From an uncultured Gammaproteobacteria bacterium (GTDB lineage: Bacteria > Patescibacteriota > Microgenomatia > 2-02-FULL-39-11): a stretch of DNA of 64,000 bases. Where the stretch lies: NCBI GenBank assembly GCA_964446235.1, contig CAYUNW010000003.1, forward strand, positions 7,182 through 71,181. The letters run 5' to 3'. The position numbers and the translations under genes are program-made. Position 1 is the stretch's first letter. Every line of letters starts with the position of its first letter. The notes beneath the pieces are model-generated. The model was not told the origin of the DNA. It saw nothing but the letters and a program-made list of their open reading frames with translations, and did no database searches. Below are positions 56,216 to 64,000 of this stretch, piece after piece.

Positions 56216-56722
56216 GTGGCAAAAGATATAGAGGAAAAACCAATTCAAAAAAATGAAGCTGAAATTCAATCCCAACCATCTCAATTCACCCGGTTACGGT
56301 ATAACAGAAAGTTCAGACTGATTTTAATATTGGTTTTACTGGCTATAGTGGCAGTACTATTCGTATTTTGGAAAAAAGCCAGAATTGGATTGGTGGTAGC
56401 ATTTATTGCCCTTCTTGCAGCATTAGGTCTTGAAGTAACCCAGAATGATTGGGATTTGGGTAAACTTTGGGAAACGAAATCTTTTCAGGAGTCCAAAGTC
56501 AGCCGTGATACTCAAGGCAATATTCTTTTTGATAAGCTGGGAAATATTGTCACTGACAGTAGTATAGGGAAAAAAGCAGACGATTATAACTGTGATGATT
56601 TTTCCACTCAAAATGAAGCCCAGGTGTTTTTTGAAAAAGTCGGTGGGGTGGGGAATGATGTAAATAGATTGGACGGAGATAAAGACGGGGAAGCATGTGA
56701 AAGTTTGCCGATAAGTAAATAA
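56216..56722 (+). CDS. Membrane-anchored protein with C-terminal Excalibur calcium-binding domain
   Basis: NCDDFSTQNEAQVFF....DVNRLDGDKDGEACESL. GTG start. Confidence 0.7.
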   Translation: MAKDIEEKPIQKNEAEIQSQPSQFTRLRYNRKFRLILILVLLAIVAVLFVFWKKARIGLVVAFIALLAALGLEVTQNDWDLGKLWETKSFQESKVSRDTQGNILFDKLGNIVTDSSIGKKADDYNCDDFSTQNEAQVFFEKVGGVGNDVNRLDGDKDGEACESLPISK

Positions 56723-56771
56723 CTCTTTTTCATCTTACAAATTTAACTCTTCAGACTATCATAAACGAAAA

Positions 56772-56795
56772 CCCCCGTTAACAAACGGGGATTTT
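56772..56795. terminator. Bidirectional intrinsic terminator
   Basis: An A-run, then CCCCGTT-aaca-AACGGGG, then TTTT. Confidence 0.6.
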
Positions 56796-56953
56796 CAAGA
56801 GCTTGCTATTTTTTACGGTACGATATAGTTTATACCGGAAGCAGTATAAACACCTGCGCTTTGATCTCCAACAGCTTTTTCCATGAGTTTGACTTTTGCA
56901 TATATTCCCAATACATAAGTATTAAGTATCTGCGTTTATATCTCAAAATAGGA

Positions 56954-58468
56954 TCATCGGAAATGGATGCCGAGTTCAATAGTTTTATCATGAGTCACTT
57001 GCTGTTCTTTTTCATCCAAAAAATATTCCTCGATTGTATAACCGTTATCGAATTTTTTCGTCCATACCGGATCTTTGGTGATTTTAACGGGATTTTTACG
57101 CCACCAGTCATGCGTCATATAAGGGTCGTTTGGTGGTGGCGGGGCGGCAATAACATATGTGGTTGATTTTTTCTGATATTCAAAGGCGGGACTTTGAGTT
57201 TTTTTGAAATTATAGATCATGGCATAGCGTGGACCGTAGGCAAATGCATCGGGGGAGAACACATAGTATCCATAAGGGTTATCTTTTTGTCTGGATACTA
57301 CTTCCAAAGCTACTTTTGAAAGTCCCCGCCAGGATTCAAAATTTTTGTCCATGAAATTTCTTTCCAAAGAATTTTTATGATTATATGCAAACCGGATATT
57401 TATGATGACAATAAAAAACAAAAGAGGCAAAAGGAGATATTTTCTATTTTTTTTGAAGAAAGTTGAAAACCAGAATGTTGTTAAAGGTGATAGAAAATAA
57501 ATGAAATGGGAGAGAATGACTCCCTTATTGAAAAACGATAACAACATATAACCAAAGTAAAAGTAGATGATAGTCAGATAAAGACTTCTAAGTTTTTGAG
57601 AATACCTGATTTCTTTATAGGTAAAAAATATGACTATTAAAAAAATAAAAAATACAAATGCAAAATTACCGGTTTGCCCAACTCGTAAATCTATTGTTGA
57701 TTCAAATCTGTTTTTAATAAAAAAAGAAGTTGACAGGGGATGCCAGTATTTTTGAAATTCTGCAAAGGCTAATGCAGACTTTGTCAGTAAAAATTCATGT
57801 CGTAGGTCAAAAACGGCAAAATTTGATAAAAATACCCCAATTAAGGGAAACAGCAATAAATGTTTCCAGTTGCGGTTAAATACTATTTGAATTAAGGAAA
57901 AGATAATTGAGAGAAAAACTATCGGTATACCTACTCCTACATTCAGCTGCATGATCATTGTTGCAGTGAAAAATAGGCACAAAAGAGCATACCACTTTTT
58001 GTTTTTAAGGTAATAAAAGGCGCTAAAAAATAAAATAGGTGTCCAAAATACAGGGGCATCAGAATGAAACATACCATTTATATGAGTTAGGAAATTTGAA
58101 GAATAAGTGAAAATAAATACCAAACCGGCTGTTTTTCCGACTGTTTTATTCGCTAAATAAAAGCCAATAGTAAGGGAAATGAGGGATAAAAATATCCAAA
58201 ACCAACCTACTATCACGGGATTACCTTCAGAAATTAAATATACCGGATAATTTAAATAAGACCATAACGGTCCATGGAAAAGTCCGCTGGCATTTGAACG
58301 CGGACCAATTAACATAATCTTTTTATTATCAAGTTCTTTCAAAAGCAGGAAATCCCTGGCAACATCATTAAAAAAATATATTTCCCCCTTTAATACAGAA
58401 AATGAAAAAAAGTAAATATTTAATCCAATCAATATAATTAAAGATAAATGAATTAGCTTTTTAATCAT
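56954..58468 (-). CDS. Polytopic glycosyltransferase-like membrane protein (ArnT/PMT, GT-C fold-like)
   Basis: 504 aa with at least 10 helices and a soluble C-terminal domain. The call rests on architecture only. Confidence 0.45.
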   Translation of the reverse strand: MIKKLIHLSLIILIGLNIYFFSFSVLKGEIYFFNDVARDFLLLKELDNKKIMLIGPRSNASGLFHGPLWSYLNYPVYLISEGNPVIVGWFWIFLSLISLTIGFYLANKTVGKTAGLVFIFTYSSNFLTHINGMFHSDAPVFWTPILFFSAFYYLKNKKWYALLCLFFTATMIMQLNVGVGIPIVFLSIIFSLIQIVFNRNWKHLLLFPLIGVFLSNFAVFDLRHEFLLTKSALAFAEFQKYWHPLSTSFFIKNRFESTIDLRVGQTGNFAFVFFIFLIVIFFTYKEIRYSQKLRSLYLTIIYFYFGYMLLSFFNKGVILSHFIYFLSPLTTFWFSTFFKKNRKYLLLPLLFFIVIINIRFAYNHKNSLERNFMDKNFESWRGLSKVALEVVSRQKDNPYGYYVFSPDAFAYGPRYAMIYNFKKTQSPAFEYQKKSTTYVIAAPPPPNDPYMTHDWWRKNPVKITKDPVWTKKFDNGYTIEEYFLDEKEQQVTHDKTIELGIHFR

Positions 58469-58576
58469 AAGATGATTAACAGTAAGTATATTACATAACT
58501 AGATTTAAGGAAAAATTCGGACAAAAACGATCTCTTATATCAATAGATTTTTTATTTATATATAATACTTTCATCA

Positions 58577-59527
58577 GTGAAAATTAAGAAACGAACCTTT
58601 ATACGAATATTATTGATTTTTCCGACGATATTTTTGATTCTTGTGTTTGGCGTTTTTATCGGTTTGTCATTTGGTAAAAATGAAAAATTGGAGATTGCCG
58701 GTAAAACTATTGGATTTGGCAATCTAATAGCAAAAATTTCCATGAATGAAGGTAGTGTTTTGGGAGATGTGTTACAAAAGACGGTTAGAAATATAATCAA
58801 TCCAACTGTTACTCCTGTACCGACAATTACACCGACACCTATAGAAGATAAATTATTTTTCCTGGATTTGACAAAAGAAATAACAGAAAATGGTCAGGCA
58901 ACTTTTACCTGGTCAATCGAAGGATTACCAAAAACTATAAACAAAACAACCATATATTACGGCACAACTAGTACACCTGGGAAATTTGGTAAAGATGTAG
59001 ATCCTCAAGACACAGAATACAAGAATAATGTCAAGGATTTTTTAGAGGGAAACTACAATGTTCCTATGCGATTTATCGGTAATACAGTAATAGACATTCC
59101 TGGTACTTATTATGCCCGGGCATACGCATATATAAAAGGTGAAAATATATGGTCAGACGAAAAAGTTTTTATTGTCAATAAAATTCCCAAGCATGATATC
59201 AGAATTATCAGCTATCCTGAAAAGGTAAAAAAAGGGGAAAATGTCACAATAACCTGGGAAATACTTGGTCCGGAAACAACGACCGGTTTCACAACAATTG
59301 TGATTTCAAAAGTATCAAAACCGGGTACTTTAGATGAAACAATAGTGATTCCACAAACTCCATATACGATTTTTATCAAGGATTTTACCAACGGGACGTT
59401 CTTTGTACCATACAGATTTATAGGTAATGGTTCAATCTCAGAAAGCGGTACATATTATTTTCGAGCTTTGGCTTTTGTGAATAATAAAAATATTTGGTCC
59501 GATGAACAGACTTTCACGGTGGAATAA
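58577..59527 (+). CDS. Paralogue of 22673-23491: membrane-anchored protein with two beta-rich repeats
   Basis: FTWSIEGLPKTINKTTIYYG..PGKFGKDV.PQDTEY...VKDF..GNY.VPMRFIGNT...GTYY.RAYA....IWSDE. GTG start. Confidence 0.6.
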   Translation: MKIKKRTFIRILLIFPTIFLILVFGVFIGLSFGKNEKLEIAGKTIGFGNLIAKISMNEGSVLGDVLQKTVRNIINPTVTPVPTITPTPIEDKLFFLDLTKEITENGQATFTWSIEGLPKTINKTTIYYGTTSTPGKFGKDVDPQDTEYKNNVKDFLEGNYNVPMRFIGNTVIDIPGTYYARAYAYIKGENIWSDEKVFIVNKIPKHDIRIISYPEKVKKGENVTITWEILGPETTTGFTTIVISKVSKPGTLDETIVIPQTPYTIFIKDFTNGTFFVPYRFIGNGSISESGTYYFRALAFVNNKNIWSDEQTFTVE

Positions 59528-59627
59528 ATTAAAATCTCATTAACTCATTGTTGACAAACTGTTATCAAAATGATACTAGTTATGATATTTACTATTATCA
59601 ATAATTTTTTATTAGGAGAATCAATTT

Positions 59628-60089
59628 ATGAACTATAAAAATATCCTGTTTATAATCATTGCTTTTATAATCGTTGGGGGATTAGTAATGTTTTTTATGT
59701 CACAAAATCAATCTGTACCAACGATGTCAGATAACACAATGATGGACGATAATACTGTGACATTACAGATGGCAAAAGATAATCAAAATTCCGATCAAAC
59801 TGAAGGAATGATTCAAGACCAGGAAATTATCGTCACCGCGTCAAATTTCAAATTTGACCAAACGACAATTAAAGTAAAAGAAGGCCAAACAGTCAAAATA
59901 ACCTTCAAAAATATTGAGGGTACTCATGATTTTGTTTTGGATGAATTCAACGTCAGAACAAAAATTATCAAAGACAGCGGTGAGGAGAAAATTGAATTTG
60001 TCGCTGATAAAAAAGGTAGTTTTGAATACTATTGTTCAGTTGGTAGCCATAGACAAATGGGAATGAAAGGAACCTTGATAGTAGAATAA
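59628..60089 (+). CDS. Cupredoxin (plastocyanin/azurin-family blue copper protein), membrane-anchored
   Basis: Type-1 copper ligand pattern ..GTHDF.. and ..YYCSVGSHRQMGMKG. Confidence 0.8.
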   Translation: MNYKNILFIIIAFIIVGGLVMFFMSQNQSVPTMSDNTMMDDNTVTLQMAKDNQNSDQTEGMIQDQEIIVTASNFKFDQTTIKVKEGQTVKITFKNIEGTHDFVLDEFNVRTKIIKDSGEEKIEFVADKKGSFEYYCSVGSHRQMGMKGTLIVE

Positions 60090-60312
60090 CCCAATTCCTT
60101 CAATGTAATCCTATAGTATTGAATAATTAAGCAAGTTGTGTTATAATTAATATATAAACAGATTTAAATTTATTAATCTGTTTAAATTTGATTTTGAATT
60201 AAAAGGCTAAGAAAAAGATACCCAATATTTCTTCGTATCTTTCTTTTTCCTCTTAAAGCCATTTCTCATTTAGACAGTTTCATCACTTTAAAATCATAAA
60301 AATTATCATTTT

Positions 60313-61509
60313 ATGTTTAAACAATCATTTAATAACCAAAGTTTCAGAAAAAATAGGGTATATCCAAAATTCCGTTTCAACAAAGGAAATAATTATCCTA
60401 AAAAATCCATATCAAATTCACAATATATAAACAAAATTGATATACAATTACATAGCCAAAATAAAAATCCAAATCAAGGAAGTTTTACTAATCTGGATAT
60501 CGATCCAAGATTGAAGCAAAACATTGCCTCTCGGGGTTATCATGCACCGACACCTATTCAAAATCAGGCAATTGGATATATTTTGAAAGGAAGGGATTTG
60601 GTTGGAATAGCAAATACCGGTACTGGGAAGACTGCAGCGTTTTTGATTCCATTAATAGATAAAATTATTAAGAACCGTACTGAGAAAGTGTTGATAATAG
60701 TTCCAACCAGAGAATTGGCCATGCAAATTAATGATGAAGTTATCGAATTTGCCAAAGGTCTTAATATTTTTTCATTACTTTGTATAGGTGGAGCAAGTAT
60801 GCAAAGACAGATACATATACTTAAACGTCATCCAAGTATTATCGTAGCTGCCCCCGGTAGACTTAAAGATCTGATGCAGCGCGGATATATAAATTTAAAC
60901 AATTTTAAAAATATCGTTTTAGATGAGGTTGATCGGATGCTTGATATCGGTTTTCTGCCCGAGATTAAATATATAATTTCCTATTTACCAGAAAAACGAC
61001 AGTCTTTATTTTTTTCCGCTACAGTATCTGCTGATATAAATAATATTATCAGTACATTTACAAAGGATCATATTACAGTCAGTGTCAAAGCTAAGGAAAC
61101 TGCACAAAATATTGATCAAGATATTATAAAAGTCAGAGATAAAAAGGAAAAAATAGACAAACTAATCGACATGTTGAAACAACCCGGATACAATAAAATT
61201 CTTGTTTTTGGCCGGACAAAATGGGGTGTAGAAAAATTGGCAAAAATTCTAAAACAGAACGGTTTTTTGGCAGCGGATATTCACGGTAAAAAAACGCAAG
61301 GTCAAAGATTTAAAGCATTAAACCAGTTTAAGAACAACCAGCTTCAGGTATTAGTAGCTACGGATATTGCAGCCAGAGGTTTGGATATTGATAACGTATC
61401 GCATGTTATCAATTTCGATGAGCCTGCTTCGTACAATGATTATATCCATAGAATCGGCAGGACTGGTAGAGCACATAAAATAGGTAAAGCGCTGACTTTT
61501 GTAATATAA
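60313..61509 (+). CDS. DEAD-box RNA helicase
   Basis: Q-motif TPIQ, AxTGTGKT, DEVD, SAT, HRIGRTGR. Confidence 0.9.
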   Translation: MFKQSFNNQSFRKNRVYPKFRFNKGNNYPKKSISNSQYINKIDIQLHSQNKNPNQGSFTNLDIDPRLKQNIASRGYHAPTPIQNQAIGYILKGRDLVGIANTGTGKTAAFLIPLIDKIIKNRTEKVLIIVPTRELAMQINDEVIEFAKGLNIFSLLCIGGASMQRQIHILKRHPSIIVAAPGRLKDLMQRGYINLNNFKNIVLDEVDRMLDIGFLPEIKYIISYLPEKRQSLFFSATVSADINNIISTFTKDHITVSVKAKETAQNIDQDIIKVRDKKEKIDKLIDMLKQPGYNKILVFGRTKWGVEKLAKILKQNGFLAADIHGKKTQGQRFKALNQFKNNQLQVLVATDIAARGLDIDNVSHVINFDEPASYNDYIHRIGRTGRAHKIGKALTFVI

Positions 61510-61522
61510 AAAAATATAAAAA

Positions 61523-62500
61523 ATGAACTATAATTTTCAATTTTGTAATCAAAACTTATGGATTAAACTAGCTTCATTGAAAAAAGAAGTAGATAAAAAA
61601 AGAAAATCAGCATTAAAAAAACGAATAACCAATAATCCTTATATCAGTAATGAGGAATATATCCTTGGGGCATTTATAGAAATGTATGAGCCGCATTTGA
61701 AAGAAATCGTCAAAGAATTATTGGTAAAAGGATATATTTTGGATAAATCCAGCGGATTTGGCGGCAAATGTTTTGAATACCAGACTATTAGCGGTTATTT
61801 TACTATTGATTATGTTTTAAAAAATAAGATTGAAAAAGAAGGGGTAAAAATTCGTGACGGAAAATATTTTAAACAGCTTATATTTTGGCCGGAAAAAGCT
61901 GAATTAAAAGATATTATCAAAAAATGGAGAGAAATTGTACAGATTTTACCGAAAAAAAAGGACGTTGAAAATAATCCTATCAGAAGTTATTCTACAGAGG
62001 AATTCCGTAGAAAATATAAATTAAAAGATAAAACACTGCAAAAACAGCAACTTTTCGAAAATCTGCGCTTTAATATTTGGAAGAAAGTAAACACTAACAT
62101 AAAAAATAGAAAAGCAAGGAAGATTCTTCCGGATACGGTAGAATCTTGTTTAGGGTTATTTCTCGAGGAATTGGAAACACAGGTCAAAGATGCTGTTTTG
62201 AATCTCTATACCAAAGGTTACAGTATTGATAAATCGGGATTTACAGAAGATCCGCAAGGTCAAATGATTGAGGGAGACTTCCAATTAAGCGATAAAACGG
62301 TAAAGGATCTGCAAAAATGTGGTATAGAAGTTGTAACTAATCCAAGCGGATATACCAAAATTTAATTTTTATCAAAAGAAGCAAGTCTTGTCAATATAAA
62401 AAAAGAATGGCAGAAAGCTGTTTCCATGATTCCTTACACAAAACAAAAAGCTGCTCAATCTATGACAAGTAAGGCAAGAGAATTCAGAAATAATAACTAA
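61523..62500 (+). pseudogene. Internally duplicated hypothetical gene with an in-frame TAA at 62363-62365
   Basis: After the stop the same frame continues FLSKEASLVNIKKEWQKAVSMIP.., which parallels the first-half segment FWPEKAELKDIIKKWREIVQILP. The extended frame ends 3 nt before the convergent gene. Confidence 0.55.
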
Positions 62501-62503
62501 ATA

Positions 62504-63043
62504 CTATTTTATACAATTTTGCCAAGCATTTATTCCACCTGTTGATATTTTGAAGGCCGCGGTTTTTATGGATTCTTCAGGATTGAACCTTAGGTCGGGA
62601 TTTTGATCTAAATTCATTGTTCTTCTGGTGTTTATCCAGGTATTGGTAGAAAATTGGTAAAGTCCTCCATAATCCAAGCTTCTGGCATATGGATTAAGTT
62701 TGGATTCGCATACCGCTATTTTAACAAGCATATTGCGGTCAATGCTGAAAAGATTGGCATATTTAGAAAACCAGTTATCCAAATCTGTATTTGATACTTT
62801 TATGGGGGTAGGCGTTTTTGTTGGTGTGGCAGTCGGTTTTCTGGTGGGAGTAGGAATAGGGGTTGAAGTAGGAGTGAGTGAGGGGGTGGGGGAGCTGGTA
62901 ATGAGAATATATGTAATCGGCAGAGATTTAGGGTGTTGTGGATATTGTATGAACTGGGGATAAAAATCTGATTTTAAAAAGATTTTTGTTATAAGAAACA
63001 GACTGATTAAAAAGGCAGATATGAGAAATATCTTTATTTTCAT
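62504..63043 (-). CDS. Secreted transglycosylase-like (Rpf/SLT-type) protein with Pro/Thr linker
   Basis: Signal/TM, PTPSLTPTSTPIPTPT linker, IAVCESKLNP..YGGLYQFSTNTW. Confidence 0.7.
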   Translation of the reverse strand: MKIKIFLISAFLISLFLITKIFLKSDFYPQFIQYPQHPKSLPITYILITSSPTPSLTPTSTPIPTPTRKPTATPTKTPTPIKVSNTDLDNWFSKYANLFSIDRNMLVKIAVCESKLNPYARSLDYGGLYQFSTNTWINTRRTMNLDQNPDLRFNPEESIKTAAFKISTGGINAWQNCIK

Positions 63044-63130
63044 CTTTCCGGCAGAAGTATTATAGTGTTTATATTAAAATATCTAAAATATAATAATCAT
63101 AATTAGTATCCGGTATTTATCAATCCATAA

Positions 63131-64000
63131 ATGAACACTCAACAATATAACAGAAAGTTACTGAAAAAGTTATCCGATATAAAAATATTGGATACTATAT
63201 ATAACTTAACCCATGTTTTTTATGATGAGCCGAAAGCATACCATTACGGTGCAAAAATCAATATACCAAAAGGGTTTACTGACGGTTATAAACAAACCTC
63301 TGATGTGACAGCGGGTGGAGTATCATTTTTTTCAAAAAACTCCGCTTTATTAAAATGCCTAGTAGAAACAATTGAAAGATTTTCTTTTTATACTTACAAA
63401 AATCACCAATTGGAATTTGCATCTTTCAGTCAGCTTCAGAAAAAAAACAGAAATCCGATTGATTTAAAGCCTTACGGAATTGAAGCGAGTTTCCATGATT
63501 TGAAAATCGGTTGGGTAATGGGGCGTAATCTTATTGAAAATAAAGATTGTTTTATACCGGCTCAACTGGTTTATGTAAATTATAAGAATACTAAAAACGA
63601 AAAACATTTATCACCGATTATTACCACAGGCGGGGCAGCCGCAAATACATTGACGGAAAGCTTAATTTCAGGAATTTATGAATTAATAGAAAGAGATGCC
63701 TATATGACAATGTATCTTACAAGTTCGATGCCTCAGCTTATCAACACGAAAACGATAAAAAATCAGAAAATTAAAGACATAATTAGTTCGTATGAAAGGT
63801 ATTGTCTTTTGCCTTATGTTTTTGAAATCACCAATGATTTAGAGGTTCCGGTTATAATGACGATCGTGATAGATAGTACCGGTTTAGGGCCACGTATAAC
63901 TGTAGGTTTGAAGTCAAACTTTGATAAAGATATTGCTATAATCGGGAGTCTTAACGAGGCGTATGCGACAAGGACCTGGTTAAGGGAGGAAATTATGGAG
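63131..64000 (+). CDS. YcaO-domain protein, 3' end cut by window edge
   Basis: ATG at 63131 and open to nt 64000 (290 codons). ALLKCLVETIERF and GGAAANTLTESLISGIYELIERDA are YcaO hallmarks. Not in the supplied track. Confidence 0.75.
   Translation, partial: MNTQQYNRKLLKKLSDIKILDTIYNLTHVFYDEPKAYHYGAKINIPKGFTDGYKQTSDVTAGGVSFFSKNSALLKCLVETIERFSFYTYKNHQLEFASFSQLQKKNRNPIDLKPYGIEASFHDLKIGWVMGRNLIENKDCFIPAQLVYVNYKNTKNEKHLSPIITTGGAAANTLTESLISGIYELIERDAYMTMYLTSSMPQLINTKTIKNQKIKDIISSYERYCLLPYVFEITNDLEVPVIMTIVIDSTGLGPRITVGLKSNFDKDIAIIGSLNEAYATRTWLREEIME

Noticed and set aside
56861-57166. 101-aa plus-strand ORF.
   Set aside because: It is antisense to the 3' end of the 504-aa membrane glycosyltransferase-like gene, has low-complexity sequence, and lacks an RBS.
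47359-62365. Stop-codon reassignment to explain three in-frame TAA/TAG codons.
   Set aside because: Conserved genes (guaA, smpB, comF, dnaG, rpoD, SpoIID and others) terminate at TAA, TAG or TGA at the expected positions. The code is therefore standard, and nonsense mutation or sequencing error is the simpler explanation.

Overview
AT-rich, tightly packed bacterial window. TAA, TAG and TGA all terminate conserved genes, so the code is standard. The gene content fits a Patescibacteria/CPR-like reduced genome (inference only): T4SS-pilin-like small membrane proteins, SpoIID, archaeal-type CoA genes, and many orphan membrane or secreted proteins. Layout: (1) 1-16.1 kb is housekeeping (guaA 3' part, ABC pair, smpB-ssrA, comF, hypAB, NUDIX, HD), with tRNA genes interspersed between about 12.1 and 16.1 kb. 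(2) 16.2-22.4 kb is an orphan peptide-modification-like cluster. It holds a radical SAM/SPASM enzyme and a tandemly duplicated small ORF, convergent with a PqqD / HprK-like / PLP-decarboxylase / IMPDH-like / QueC-like operon. (3) 22.5-29.3 kb is housekeeping again (pantoate kinase plus phosphopantothenate synthetase, dnaG-rpoD, ogt). (4) 29.4-44.8 kb is an integrated element at tRNA-Asn. It carries a large serine recombinase, a GC-rich nested hairpin beside a 1051-aa orphan membrane protein, a PD-(D/E)xK nuclease pair, and a GHKL-ATPase/HNH operon convergent with Dcm-Vsr. (5) 44.7-52.2 kb holds cassette-like accessory genes (dynamin-like GTPase, YecM-like, Fic-like, ArsR operon and others) punctuated by at least 7 degenerate copies of one intergenic repeat. 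(6) 53-64 kb holds envelope and redox genes, a DEAD-box helicase and a YcaO gene cut by the window edge. Eight RNA genes are called by hand: 7 tRNAs and tmRNA. Three genes carry single in-frame stop codons. No CRISPR array, rRNA or transposase was seen. All function calls rest on motif recognition by eye, not on searches.
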